Part shown: piece by piece, positions 9,044-20,034 of the stretch
Layout of the letters: every line of letters starts with the position of its first letter
Numbering within the stretch: the first letter of the stretch is position 1
Assembly: GCF_001644705.1 (NCBI RefSeq)
Contig: NZ_CP015137.1
Coordinates: 2,190,001 to 2,222,000, forward strand
DNA: 32,000 nucleotides
Reading direction: 5' to 3'
Source: Dickeya solani IPO 2222
GTDB taxonomy: Bacteria > Pseudomonadota > Gammaproteobacteria > Enterobacterales > Enterobacteriaceae
Notes under the pieces: generated by a model
The model's input: the letters and a program-made list of their open reading frames with translations, nothing else
Told to the model about the DNA's origin: nothing
Database searches by the model: none
Translations under genes and position numbers: made by a program

Positions 9044-9556
9044 GTGTCAGCACAATGGGAGAAAAAAGACTACCAGGTATCGACGGATCTGCAGCGGCTT
9101 GACCTGGACATCATTCATGGCTATCTCACCACCTCCAGCTGGGCGGCGGGTATCGACCGGGAAACGGTCGCGCTGTCCGTCGCCAATAGCCTGTGTTTCG
9201 GGCTGTATCATCAGGCGCGCCAGATTGGTTTTGCCCGCATGGTGACCGATTTCGCCACCTTCGGGTATCTGTGCGATGTGTTTGTGTTGCCCGCGCATCA
9301 GGGCACCGGGCTGGGCCGTTTTCTGGTGGAATGTACGGTAAACCACCCGCGCTTGCAGCGCCTGCGCCGTCAGTTGCTGCTCACCTCTACCGCGCCGTGG
9401 CTGTATCAGAAAGTGGGATACGAGCCCGTCAACCGTCAGGATTATGCCTGGACGTTTGTTCGTAAGGACATCTACAACACCGATGTCTACAACACCGATG
9501 TTTACAACACCGATGTCTACAACACAGACGTCTACAACACCGGGGCGGTGTCCTGA
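9044..9556 (+). CDS. GNAT-family N-acetyltransferase with a C-terminal (D[V/I]YNT)x5 repeat tail
   Basis: GTG start with AAGGAG 7 nt upstream. The GNAT core motif is present (VLPAHQGTGLGRFLV). The last 30 residues are encoded by the tandem repeat at 9467-9541. Confidence 0.8.
   Translation: MSAQWEKKDYQVSTDLQRLDLDIIHGYLTTSSWAAGIDRETVALSVANSLCFGLYHQARQIGFARMVTDFATFGYLCDVFVLPAHQGTGLGRFLVECTVNHPRLQRLRRQLLLTSTAPWLYQKVGYEPVNRQDYAWTFVRKDIYNTDVYNTDVYNTDVYNTDVYNTGAVS
9467..9541 (+). repeat. 5 x 15 bp head-to-tail tandem repeat (GAYRTNTACAACACM), in frame within the GNAT gene
   Basis: Units read directly: GACATCTACAACACC, GATGTCTACAACACC, GATGTTTACAACACC, GATGTCTACAACACA, GACGTCTACAACACC. Differences are mostly synonymous third-position changes; the only non-synonymous one is the first-unit ATC (Ile) versus GTN (Val). 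Confidence 0.95.
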
Positions 9557-9574
9557 TGTGACCGGATGCCGGCG

Positions 9575-10015
9575 TTATTCCGGCGTCGTCAGGTTGGCCT
9601 TCATTTTCTGCAATACCTGCACGAACTGGCGGCGTTCTTCCGGCGTCACGTCGGCAAAGGCGCGCTGCAACAGGCCGGTGCGCGCATCGGCGAAACGGCG
9701 ATGCGTGTCTTCGCCTTTTTCCGTCAACGACACCACCTGCACCCGCCGGTCGGTCGGCGAGGGCTGGCGGGTGATCAGCCCCAGCGTTTCCAGATCTTTC
9801 AGCAGACGGGCAATCTGCGCCTTGTCCCGCCCCATGTACTGCGCCAGAAAATGCTGGCTTTGGCCGGGATGGTGGGCGATCAGCCCAAGCGTGCGCGCCT
9901 GAAACGGGGCGAGGCCCGTCTGCGTCAGCGCGTCGCTCTCCAGCAGACGCTGTTTAAAACCGTGGATCAATTCTCCCAGCAACTCGAAGGTCTGGGCATC
10001 AAGGGTGTCACGCAT
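9575..10015 (-). CDS. MarR-family transcriptional regulator
   Basis: Winged-helix core present (QARTLGLIAHHPGQSQHFLAQYMGRDKAQIARLLKDLETLGLITRQPSPTDRRV). I prefer the ATG at 10015, giving 146 aa, a typical MarR length. Upstream in-frame ATGs at 10069 and 10117 would run through the operator palindromes, so the start is uncertain. Confidence 0.8.
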   Translation of the reverse strand: MRDTLDAQTFELLGELIHGFKQRLLESDALTQTGLAPFQARTLGLIAHHPGQSQHFLAQYMGRDKAQIARLLKDLETLGLITRQPSPTDRRVQVVSLTEKGEDTHRRFADARTGLLQRAFADVTPEERRQFVQVLQKMKANLTTPE

Positions 10016-10021
10016 TAATTT

Positions 10022-10036
10022 GTTGACCTTATCAAC
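10022..10036. promoter_or_regulatory. Candidate MarR operator 1 (GTTGACCTTATCAAC)
   Basis: Inverted repeat GTTGA-N5-TCAAC in the marR / small-gene intergenic region. It overlaps a TTGACC -35-like hexamer. Confidence 0.5.
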
Positions 10037-10051
10037 TATTCTGATTATATG
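10023..10051 (+). promoter_or_regulatory. Putative sigma70 promoter for the 10138 gene (TTGACC, 17 nt spacer, TATATG)
   Basis: Hexamers and spacing read directly. The -10 matches the consensus at 4 of 6 positions. The promoter is flanked and overlapped by the two palindromes. Confidence 0.35.
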
Positions 10052-10066
10052 GTTGACGATATCAAC
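10052..10066. promoter_or_regulatory. Candidate MarR operator 2 (GTTGACGATATCAAC)
   Basis: A second copy of the GTTGA-N5-TCAAC palindrome, 30 bp centre-to-centre from the first and immediately downstream of the putative -10. Confidence 0.5.
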
Positions 10067-10137
10067 CATGTAGCGACGCCCGGTCGCCCACTCAATCGTG
10101 CCATTCAATCGCACCACTCAACCGCAAGGATAAAACC

Positions 10138-10428
10138 ATGCCTTATCACTATCGTATCACGCTGGAAAATATCACCGATAATCGCGACGACGCGCCGCAA
10201 AATCGTGCACTGACGTTTGACGTCATCAATCATGACGATATTCTGGAAATTATTGAGAAAGTTCGGTCAAAGGGGATTTTGCCGGACTCGGAGGTCGCCG
10301 CGTTCTGCACCGGACTGAAGCTGTTTAGCGAGGTCATGATGACTCATCGCAAAGAGGCGCTGTTCCAGGAACTGGCTCCCGCATTTCGGGACTTTATGCT
10401 GCGGCTGAAACGGGGGGAGACGGCCTGA
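10138..10428 (+). CDS. Small hypothetical protein (96 aa), divergent from marR; possibly DUF3861-like (unverified)
   Basis: AAGGA lies 7 nt upstream of the ATG and the composition looks like a soluble protein. The family name is a recollection only. Confidence 0.6.
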   Translation: MPYHYRITLENITDNRDDAPQNRALTFDVINHDDILEIIEKVRSKGILPDSEVAAFCTGLKLFSEVMMTHRKEALFQELAPAFRDFMLRLKRGETA

Positions 10429-10568
10429 TTTGATGTATCGCGTCTCCCTGATGGCATGGACTGCCGGTGAATGTGAGTGAGATTCGGGCGTACTCGCCGT
10501 CAGCGGCGCGCGGCTTTCCCCGCGTGCTTAAGTACGCATGATGATATTTCAATGGGAGATCGTAATTT

Positions 10569-11537
10569 ATGCATCAGTATGCGCTGGTAGGTGATGTCGG
10601 TGGCACCAACGCACGTCTTGCCCTTTGCGAACTGGCGAATGGGCATCTGTCACACAGTAAGCAGTACGCGGTTCAGCAGCATGACAGCCTGGAAGCGGCG
10701 ATTCGTCTGTTTCTGGCGGAACACGCGGATCTCACCATCAAAGAAGCCTGTATTGCCATTGCCTGCCCGGTGACCGACGACTGGGTGGAGATGACCAATC
10801 ATCACTGGGCGTTCTCCATTGACGCCATGCGGCAGAACCTGGGGTTTGAGCGTCTGGACGTGATCAACGATTTTACCGCCGTCAGCATGGCGATTCCGGT
10901 GCTGACGCCGGAGGATGTGATTCAACTGGGCGGCGCCGACGCGGTCGCCGGTAAGCCGGTGGCGGTGTACGGCGCCGGAACCGGGCTCGGCGTGGCGCAC
11001 CTGCTGCCGGTGGACGGCACGTGGCTGAGCCTGCCGGGCGAGGGTGGTCATGTGGATTTCGCGCCCAACAGCGAAGAAGAGGACATCCTGCTACAGGTGC
11101 TGCGTCAGGAGCTGGGGCACGTCTCCGCCGAGCGCGTGCTGTCCGGGCCGGGGCTGGTGAATATTTACCGGGCGATCGTCAAGGCGGACGACCGGGTGCC
11201 GGAAGCGCTGACCCCGCAGGTGGTGTCTGAACGGGCGCTGGCGCACAGCGATGTTGACTGTCTGCGCGCGCTGTCGCTGTTTTGCGTGCTGATGGGGCGC
11301 TTTGGCGGCAATCTGGCGCTGACGCTCGGCACCTTCGGCGGCGTCTACATCGCCGGCGGTATCGTGCCGCGTTTTCTGGAATTCTTCCGCAACTCCGGTT
11401 TTCGCGGCGCTTTTGAAGACAAAGGCCGTTTCCGCGACTACCTCGCCGACATTCCGGTGTTCATGATCACCCACCCGCAGCCGGGGCTGCTGGGCGCCGG
11501 CGCGTACCTGCGTCAGGCGCTGGGCCAGACCCTGTAA
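10569..11537 (+). CDS. glk: Glucokinase
   Basis: Collinear with recalled E. coli Glk: [56 protein letters not shown] and [28 protein letters not shown]. Confidence 0.95.
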   Translation: MHQYALVGDVGGTNARLALCELANGHLSHSKQYAVQQHDSLEAAIRLFLAEHADLTIKEACIAIACPVTDDWVEMTNHHWAFSIDAMRQNLGFERLDVINDFTAVSMAIPVLTPEDVIQLGGADAVAGKPVAVYGAGTGLGVAHLLPVDGTWLSLPGEGGHVDFAPNSEEEDILLQVLRQELGHVSAERVLSGPGLVNIYRAIVKADDRVPEALTPQVVSERALAHSDVDCLRALSLFCVLMGRFGGNLALTLGTFGGVYIAGGIVPRFLEFFRNSGFRGAFEDKGRFRDYLADIPVFMITHPQPGLLGAGAYLRQALGQTL

Positions 11538-11550
11538 TCTGTTCTCGTCA

Positions 11551-11581
11551 GCGGTCCGGTAACGTCACGTTACCGGACCGC
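11551..11581. terminator. 14 bp perfect stem-loop between convergent glk and the CMD/AhpD gene
   Basis: GCGGTCCGGTAACG-tca-CGTTACCGGACCGC, read directly. Only a weak T-rich tail (CTGCGCTTTC) follows on the + strand. Confidence 0.55.
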
Positions 11582-11610
11582 CTGCGCTTTCATTCGCAGA
11601 ACAACAGCAT

Positions 11611-12729
11611 TTACCGCGGCGGCCAGAACGGTTCGCCCAGCGTCAGCATCAGCCGGTTGGCCCAGGCGAAGAACGCGGTGGACTGAATCAGGTCGAGAAT
11701 CTCCAGCGTGTCCAGTCCCTGTTCGCGCAGCCGCGCCAGATCCTGCGCGTTGGTCTGCGACGGCGTGGTGGACAGCCGGGCGGCGAAGGTGATGATCGTC
11801 TGCCAGCGCGCATCCTGCCCGGCGGCGAGATCACCGCCCGGCGGCACGTCGAGCAGGTGTTGTACTGCATCGTGCTGTTTCGACAACTGGCTGGCTTTGC
11901 GGGCATGCACCGAGGCGCAATAAATACAGCCATTGACCTTGCTGACCACCGCGGCGGCCAGTTCCCGGTCTTTGCGCGGCAGGCCGCCGGATGTATAGAA
12001 AATCCCCTTGTCGGTGAGGGTGCGTTGTTCCAGCACCGGCAGGTTACGGCCCAGCAGGCGGAAATAGTCGGAATCGGTATGGCCGAAACGCGCCAGAATC
12101 GCCTGTTCGTCGGTGGTGAATGCCGCCAGCGGTTTGGCGGGGAGCCACGGTTCCCAGCCCAGTTCGGCCTGCGTAAACGCATCCGGGGCGGTTTTGCCGC
12201 TGTGGGTCTGCGGCTGGGTGTGCCAGCGACCGGCGACGGCAGCGGGCGCGGAGAGCGCCGGGTCTTCGGCGCGACCGGCCAGCAGCCGGTAACCGTGCAG
12301 CAACCGGCTTTGAAAACTGACAAACGCCACTAACTGCGACAGAGTGACGATATCATCCTCCGTCCAGCCGGCCTGTTGCAGCGCCTGCAGTTGCTCCGGT
12401 TGCGCCGCCACCGGCTGGTGGGTCAGGCGTTCGGCATGTTCCAGCGCCCGGTCCAGCGCCGCATCGGGCGTTGGGGCCGGAAAGTCCGCCAGCCGTTGGG
12501 CGTAAAAGTGCTGTAACCGCGTGTTTTGATGCCAGCCGCTGACCTTTTCGGCGATGAAAAAGCGCAGCGCCAACGGCAGGCCGCCGCTCTCTGTGTGGCT
12601 GAACAGCGCCTCATAACTGCCCTGTGCGTGACGGGTGGCGGCATCGCGGGTGGCTCTGGCTTGCGCCAGCGGTGAGTCCAGGGCGATCTCCGCCAGCGTA
12701 TCCAATATGTCGGATGTTGACTGTGTCAT
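11611..12729 (-). CDS. Fused two-domain CMD / AhpD-like protein: N-terminal CMD domain without cysteines, C-terminal peroxidase-related domain with CxxCxxxH
   Basis: The C-terminal half carries VNGCIYCASVH, the AhpD/CMD-type CxxC..H motif. The N-terminal half is a helical CMD-like domain. The start overlaps the upstream monooxygenase stop by 4 nt (ATGA). Confidence 0.8.
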   Translation of the reverse strand: MTQSTSDILDTLAEIALDSPLAQARATRDAATRHAQGSYEALFSHTESGGLPLALRFFIAEKVSGWHQNTRLQHFYAQRLADFPAPTPDAALDRALEHAERLTHQPVAAQPEQLQALQQAGWTEDDIVTLSQLVAFVSFQSRLLHGYRLLAGRAEDPALSAPAAVAGRWHTQPQTHSGKTAPDAFTQAELGWEPWLPAKPLAAFTTDEQAILARFGHTDSDYFRLLGRNLPVLEQRTLTDKGIFYTSGGLPRKDRELAAAVVSKVNGCIYCASVHARKASQLSKQHDAVQHLLDVPPGGDLAAGQDARWQTIITFAARLSTTPSQTNAQDLARLREQGLDTLEILDLIQSTAFFAWANRLMLTLGEPFWPPR

Positions 12730-13766
12730 GCAACCTCCTGCCCGGCCGGGCTGGCTTGTTTATCTGTAGCGGGCGACCAGCCCAGTGCGGGCGCCACCCG
12801 GGCGGCGATCAGTTCCAGCGAGCGCAGAATGTGGGCGTGCGGCGGGTCGATGGAGTGCACCTGAAACGCCAGATCGGTGGTCCGTGCCAGTGAACTGTCG
12901 GCCTGCAGCGAGGCGATGACCTCGTCCGGCATGCCGACATGGCTGTCAAACGACGCGATCAGTTCTTCCACCGAGCCGTTGCGTGCCGGGCGGCCCAACT
13001 GAGCCAGCCGGGCGGCGGAGCGTTGCAGCCCGGTTTGCGCCAGTTGCAGCGCCAGCGCCCGGTCGTCGGCCACAAACACGCTGCGTGAACCCATGATGCG
13101 CGGCGTCACGCCGGGCGGCAGTGCGTCCAGATAGGCATCGATCATCGGGTTTTGCAGGTCGGCCAGCGTGGCGTCAGGGAAACCGTCCGGGCGCGGCTGG
13201 GTGCGGGACAACATCAGCCCGTCGCCCGCCTGACCGGCGCGGATGGCGCCTTCCACCGAGAAGGTGGCTTGCCACACGCGGCGGTTGAGGTGCGGCGCGG
13301 TCGGGTAGAGCTGGTTGCCGTCGGCACTCAGCGGTTCGCCCGCCCAGGCGGCGCGCACCTGCGCCAGATAGCGGCCCAGAATCTCGCCGCGCTGTTCGCT
13401 GTTGTGGCCGAAGGCGGTGAACGACGACGGCGTACCGCCGGAGCCAATCCCCACTTCCAGCCGGCCCTGGCTGAGCAGGTCGAGTACGGCGGTGTCTTCC
13501 GCCACCCGCAGCGGTTGTTCCATCGGCAGGGTGATCACCCCGGTGCCAAGCCGGATACGCCGGGTCTGCGCCGCGACCTGCGCCAGAAACACCAGCGGCG
13601 ACGGCAGGCCGCCTTCGTCGGCGTGAAAGTGATGCTGCGCCACCCAGGCGCTGTCGAAGCCCAGTTGCTCGGCTTTGATGATTTGCTCGGCGGCCAGCCG
13701 GTAACGCTGCCCGGCGGGCACGTCATCCAACAGACGGGTGAAAAACCCCAGACGTTTTTGAGTCAT
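12726..13766 (-). CDS. Luciferase-like (LLM) FMN-dependent monooxygenase
   Basis: Translation begins LGFFTRLLD..AEQLGFDSAWVAQHHFH..GGLPSP, followed by G.GSGG, typical of bacterial luciferase-family oxidoreductases. I prefer the ATG at 13766 (AAGGA 7 nt upstream) over the track start at 13811. Confidence 0.85.
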   Translation of the reverse strand: MTQKRLGFFTRLLDDVPAGQRYRLAAEQIIKAEQLGFDSAWVAQHHFHADEGGLPSPLVFLAQVAAQTRRIRLGTGVITLPMEQPLRVAEDTAVLDLLSQGRLEVGIGSGGTPSSFTAFGHNSEQRGEILGRYLAQVRAAWAGEPLSADGNQLYPTAPHLNRRVWQATFSVEGAIRAGQAGDGLMLSRTQPRPDGFPDATLADLQNPMIDAYLDALPPGVTPRIMGSRSVFVADDRALALQLAQTGLQRSAARLAQLGRPARNGSVEELIASFDSHVGMPDEVIASLQADSSLARTTDLAFQVHSIDPPHAHILRSLELIAARVAPALGWSPATDKQASPAGQEVA

Positions 13767-13903
13767 GATTAAATCCTTGGTTTTGTGTCCTTTGAGAATG
13801 TTGGCAAACAACTGCGTTGTTTTAGCGAGTCATGTCAGAACAGAGAGTGGTTTCGTGCTGGATAAACCGCCTCATCTTCTCTGTTACGTCATCGCACGCA
13901 CGA

Positions 13904-13932
13904 CAAGGAGAGGTTCACGCCACCTCTCCTTG
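13904..13932. repeat. 11 bp perfect hairpin CAAGGAGAGGT-N7-ACCTCTCCTTG in the spacer between the ABC and monooxygenase genes
   Basis: Read directly, with no flanking U tract. A second 8 bp hairpin (GACGCGGC-N10-GCCGCGTC) lies at 14018-14043. Confidence 0.4.
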
Positions 13933-14163
13933 ACCTCGGGCTGGTGGCTAAACTGCGCCGCTACGCGGTGCCTTCGGTATTCGTCACCGCTGTTCGGGCC
14001 GCCCATGACGCGCTCCCGACGCGGCATGGGCTTTCGCCGCGTCCTGCGGCTCACCCGGCGATGCCGCCTACCTCAGCGCAGTTTTTGACGCCAGAAAACA
14101 CACCAACCCGCACTTATTTAGATTTGTCGCCAGCTTGAAGACGCGCTGGTTAGGCTGTGCCCC

Positions 14164-15839
<1,676 letters not shown>

Positions 15840-15843
<4 letters not shown>

Positions 15844-16700
15844 CGCGTTGATCTCCGGATCGACTGGCTGATGCGGTTGGTCGCCAACACTACGGCGACC
15901 ACCAGCAGGCCGGGGAAGGTGGTCAGCCACCAGGCGGTGGCGAGATAGTTGCGGCCTTCGGCGATCAACAAGCCCCATTCCGGCGTCGGCGGCGGCGCGC
16001 CGTAGCCGAGGAAGCTCAGGGTGGCGAGCGCCAGAATCGCGCTGCCGAACTGCAACGCGGCAAACGCCAGCACGCTGGTGAGCGAGTTGGGCAGAATGTG
16101 GCGCCACAGCACGCCAAAGAAGGTGCCGCCGCTGCCAAACGCGGCTTCGACGTAATCGCTACGGCGCACGCGCAGCACTTCCGCGCGCACCAGCCGGGTG
16201 AAGTTGGCCACCGAGGTCACGCCGACCGCGATAGCGGCGTTCAGGTTGCCGAACCCCAGCAGGATGATGACGCTCAATGCCAGCAGCAGGCCGGGGATCG
16301 CCAGCAGCACATCGACGCTCCGCATCACCAGCGTATCCAGCCGGCCGCCGACCGCGCCTGCCAGCAGCCCCAGCAGGCTGCCGAACACCAGACCCAGCGA
16401 CACGGCGATCACCGCGCCGGACAGCGAATGCGCCGAACCGTAGACGATGCGGGTGTAGAGGTCGCGCCCCAGTTGGTCGGTGCCGAGCAGGTAGCCGCCG
16501 CCGGGCGCCAGCCGCTGCGCGCCCGGCACGCCTTCAATCGGCGACGCGTGGGTAAACAGGCCGGGGAACAGCGCCCACAGCGTCACCGTCAGCACCACCA
16601 GCCAGGCGAGCATCAGACCGGGTTGCGCGGCGTAACGGCGCAGGCGCGGCGTCTTGCGCAGCAGCGGAAAAGCGATTTTTTCCAGTTGAATGCTCGCCAT
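15840..16700 (-). CDS. ABC transporter permease (DppC/OppC-like)
   Basis: Six hydrophobic segments and an EAA-type loop (SDYVEAAFGSGGTFFGVLWRHILPN). Confidence 0.9.
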
Positions 16701-16701
16701 A

Positions 16702-17643
16702 TCACACCTCCGACGCGGTTTTCAGGCGCGGATCAAGCCATGGGTAGAGCAGGTCGACCAGCAGGTTGACCGTCACGAACGCCGTCGCGGAAACCAGCAC
16801 GATGGCTTGCAACACGCTGGCGTCCTGGGTGTTGACCGCTTCCTGCGTCAACTGGCCCAGCCCGCTGCGGCCGAACACGGTTTCGGTAATCAGCGCCCCG
16901 GCGATCAGCTCGCCCAGCAGCAGGCCCGCCAGCGTCAGCGCCGGCAGCATGGCGTTGCGCGCCACGTGGCGCCACAGCACGCCGCGGCGGCTCAGGCCCT
17001 TGGCCCGCGCCACCGCCACGAACGGCTGCGCCAGTACCTGATCGATGCTGCGCATCAGCACCTGGGCGATGGGGGCGGCAATTGGCACCGAGAGCGTCAG
17101 CACCGGCAGAACCAGCCCTTCCCACTCACCGGGGTTGATCACCGAAATCCATCCCAGCCGAAAGGAAAACACCTGAATCAGCACGATGCCGAGCCAGAAG
17201 GTAGGGATGGAAATCAGCAGCGACGGCACCGACTGAAACAGCTGACGCAGCCAGGCGAACGGGGTCAGCGCCGAGAGGAACGCCAGCGCGAACGCCAGCA
17301 GCAACGCTGCGCCAAACCCCAACACCGCCAGCAGCAATGTCGGCGGCAGATTGGTGGCCAGCAGGTCGCTGACCGGCAAACCAGCCTGCAGCGACAGCCC
17401 GAAATCGCCGTGCAACAGGCGCGACAGCGATGCCGCGTACTGGGTCAGCAACGGCACATCGGCGCCGTAGGCCAGCCGCAGTTCGGCTATCTGGCTGGCG
17501 CTTAACCCCAGCTCCGGGCTCATGAATTTGATCAGCACCGCATCGCCCGGCAGCGCCTGTAGCAGCATGAACGACAGGGTAAATGCCGCCCACAGCACCA
17601 GCAGTGCCTGTCCGAGGCGCGTCGCCAGATAGGTTATCCGCAC
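16702..17643 (-). CDS. ABC transporter permease (DppB/OppB-like)
   Basis: N-terminus MRITYLATRLGQALLVLW and loop PFVAVARAKGLSRRGVLWRHVARNAMLP are typical of DppB/OppB permeases. Its stop lies 1 nt before the next start. Confidence 0.9.
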   Translation of the reverse strand: MRITYLATRLGQALLVLWAAFTLSFMLLQALPGDAVLIKFMSPELGLSASQIAELRLAYGADVPLLTQYAASLSRLLHGDFGLSLQAGLPVSDLLATNLPPTLLLAVLGFGAALLLAFALAFLSALTPFAWLRQLFQSVPSLLISIPTFWLGIVLIQVFSFRLGWISVINPGEWEGLVLPVLTLSVPIAAPIAQVLMRSIDQVLAQPFVAVARAKGLSRRGVLWRHVARNAMLPALTLAGLLLGELIAGALITETVFGRSGLGQLTQEAVNTQDASVLQAIVLVSATAFVTVNLLVDLLYPWLDPRLKTASEV

Positions 17644-17672
17644 GTTTTGCCCTCCGTCGTCGGTTCGCCCGG

Positions 17673-19316
17673 TTACTTGTCCAACCAGGTGTTGTAGAAA
17701 CTGGGGCGGCCCACGGCTTCAAAGCCGATCCCTTTGGTGGCGGCGCGCCCGGCGAACACCTGCGGTTCTTCAAAAATTGGAATCACGTACGCCTGATCGA
17801 TCAGGTAATTCTGTACTTCGCCCACCAGCGCCAGCCGTTTGCTGCGATCGGTGGCGGAAGCGATGCCGTCCAGCAGCGCGTTGAGGTGCGCGTCTTCAAA
17901 GGTTTTCACCTTGTCGCTGGCGCCGCCTTTTTGCAGCAGCACGTTACGCAGCGTCGGGTAATACTGGCTTTTCAGTACATCCGGGTCGGCTCGTCCCACC
18001 ATGCCCGGCGACACGCCGGTTTTCAGCGGGTCGAGACTGTCGACGGTTTTGGTGCCCGCGTCGCCCGCCAGTACGTTCAGCTTCACGCCTACCCTGGCCC
18101 ACTGCTGCGCCACCAGTTGCAGCATCTCTTTGTTTTGCGGCTGCGGCGGCGATTCGTAGGCGGTCAGCACCAACGGCTGACCGTCTTTCTGGCGGACGCC
18201 CTGCGCGCCGGCTTTCCAGCCAGCATCGTCCAGCAGGCGGGCGGCGGCGGCCGGGTCGAACGTCAGCTTGTCGGCGAGGTTGACGTAGCCGGCGGCGGTT
18301 TTCGCCAGCACCGAGGTCGCCTGCAGGTAGTTGTCGGAATACAGCGTCTGGATGATCTCTTTCGGGTTGGTGGCGTAACGCAGCGCCTGACGCACCCGGA
18401 TGTCCGCCACCAGCGGGTTGTCCGGCCGGAAGTTGACGCTGTTGTTGACGCCGCGGGTGGGCGCGGCGTAGATCCGTATGCCTTCGCTCTGCACCCGCTT
18501 TTCGTCATAAGCCTGAATCTGACGGATAAAATCCGCCTGACCGGACACCAGCGCGCCGATGCGCACGCTGTCTTCCGGCGTCACCAGATAGGTGATGCCG
18601 TCCAGATAGGGGCGGCCCTGATGGGTGAATTTCACCGGCGCCCAGTTGTAATCTTTGCGCGCCGCCAGTTTTAGCTCGCGTCCCGGTTTTTCGCTGCTGA
18701 CCACAAACGGGCCGGAGCCGATGATGCGGGTGGCGTCGCCCAACTGGTTGAAGTTGCGCGCCAGCGTGCTCAGCGACACCAGCCCGGAACCGATAGCGGC
18801 GGTGCCTTGCAGGAAGCCGGGCGACGGTTTTTTGAAGTAGAACTTCACCGTCAGCGGGTCGATGACTTCGCTGCGTAAATAGTTATTGATCACTTCGGAG
18901 ACCGGCTGGTTCAGTTCCTTGTTGCCCAGCCCGTAGGTGTCGAAATTTTTAGCGACGGTGTTGGCATCCAGCGGGGTGCCGTCGGAGAAGGTGACGCCGG
19001 GGCGCAGCGTGAAGGTGTATTCGGTGCTGTCGGCGTTGATAGTCCAGGATTCGGCGATCCAGGGCTCGATTTCGAGCGTTTCCGGATTCTGGTAGGTCAG
19101 CTTGTCGGTGATTTGGTTGAGGATGCCGCCGTTGGGGTAAAAGCCGCCTGCGGGCGGATACAAATTGGTGTGCGGCTGTTGTTCCAGATAGATCAAGGTG
19201 CCGCCGGTTTTGGGCGATGCGTCGGCGGCCAGCGCCTGAGCGCTATTCCCCAGTAGCGCTAATGAAACGAGCAGACCAATCCCCCGCTTCTGCTGAGCGT
19301 TCAAGAAACCAGACAT
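17673..19316 (-). CDS. ABC transporter periplasmic substrate-binding protein, family 5 (peptide/nickel/opine type)
   Basis: Signal peptide ending QALA-AD. The 547 aa length and motifs (GGTLIY, FTLRPGVTFSDGTPL, NWAP) are typical of DppA/OppA-like binding proteins. Confidence 0.9.
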   Translation of the reverse strand: MSGFLNAQQKRGIGLLVSLALLGNSAQALAADASPKTGGTLIYLEQQPHTNLYPPAGGFYPNGGILNQITDKLTYQNPETLEIEPWIAESWTINADSTEYTFTLRPGVTFSDGTPLDANTVAKNFDTYGLGNKELNQPVSEVINNYLRSEVIDPLTVKFYFKKPSPGFLQGTAAIGSGLVSLSTLARNFNQLGDATRIIGSGPFVVSSEKPGRELKLAARKDYNWAPVKFTHQGRPYLDGITYLVTPEDSVRIGALVSGQADFIRQIQAYDEKRVQSEGIRIYAAPTRGVNNSVNFRPDNPLVADIRVRQALRYATNPKEIIQTLYSDNYLQATSVLAKTAAGYVNLADKLTFDPAAAARLLDDAGWKAGAQGVRQKDGQPLVLTAYESPPQPQNKEMLQLVAQQWARVGVKLNVLAGDAGTKTVDSLDPLKTGVSPGMVGRADPDVLKSQYYPTLRNVLLQKGGASDKVKTFEDAHLNALLDGIASATDRSKRLALVGEVQNYLIDQAYVIPIFEEPQVFAGRAATKGIGFEAVGRPSFYNTWLDK

Positions 19317-19645
19317 GGTTTTTTCCTTTTAGTTATCAGAGTTATATCAGCCGCTGTGCAGGTGGTGTCAGGGCTGGAAAAAGGCTGTCATACGAAAGGG
19401 ATACTTCCACAGGCATGGTGAAACCGCAAAGTACAATACCGGTAATAAATATCTGGTTTTGGGGTAAGTGAAGGTGGGGAGAAAATCGTCGAAATCGCGG
19501 TTTTTTTATTTCATAAAATTTGAACGATATCTACAAATAAACCCGTTTTTAACGCGCTGGCAACAGGTCTATTATCACTTCCATCGAAGGCGATAACGCC
19601 TCCAGTTAAGAACACTAACCGAATTCAATGTGAAGGATATTGACC

Positions 19646-19897
19646 ATGAAAACCATCAAAAACGTTGTTGCAGTTATCGCGCTGGCTACCATTTCTTTCG
19701 GCACTTTTGCAGCGACAGAGGTACAGCACAGCGCCAGCCTGTCCGTTGGCACCGTGAGCGCCACCGCCGTTACGCTGGACAGTCTGCAGGCCAGCCTGTC
19801 TGAAAAAGCCAATGCCGCCGGCGCTAAATCATTCCGCATCATCTCTGCGACCGGTAACGACAACCAACTGCGCGGTGTCGCAGAAATTTACAACTGA
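19646..19897 (+). CDS. bhsA: BhsA/YdgH/McbA-family (DUF1471) small periplasmic stress protein
   Basis: Collinear with recalled E. coli BhsA: signal peptide, VGT.SA, L..KA...GAKSFRI.S.TG and a G.A.IY terminus. The ATG at 19646 has AGGA 8 nt upstream. The track start at 19640 is a TTG. Confidence 0.85.
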   Translation: MKTIKNVVAVIALATISFGTFAATEVQHSASLSVGTVSATAVTLDSLQASLSEKANAAGAKSFRIISATGNDNQLRGVAEIYN

Positions 19898-19925
19898 TCA
19901 TCGGTTTCCCCTGCTGCACACACAG

Positions 19926-19947
19926 GCCGCCTTCGGGCGGCTTTTTT
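19926..19947 (+). terminator. Rho-independent terminator (GCCGCC-TTCG-GGCGGC-TTTTTT)
   Basis: GC stem, tetraloop and a T6 run, read directly, 29 nt after the bhsA-like stop. Confidence 0.8.
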
Positions 19948-20034
19948 GCGTGCGCAATTCCGATTATGGCCCGCTGCCGCATCCCAACATGTATGGCATG
20001 CGGCAGTGAGCATGGCGCGCATATTTTTCAGGTA

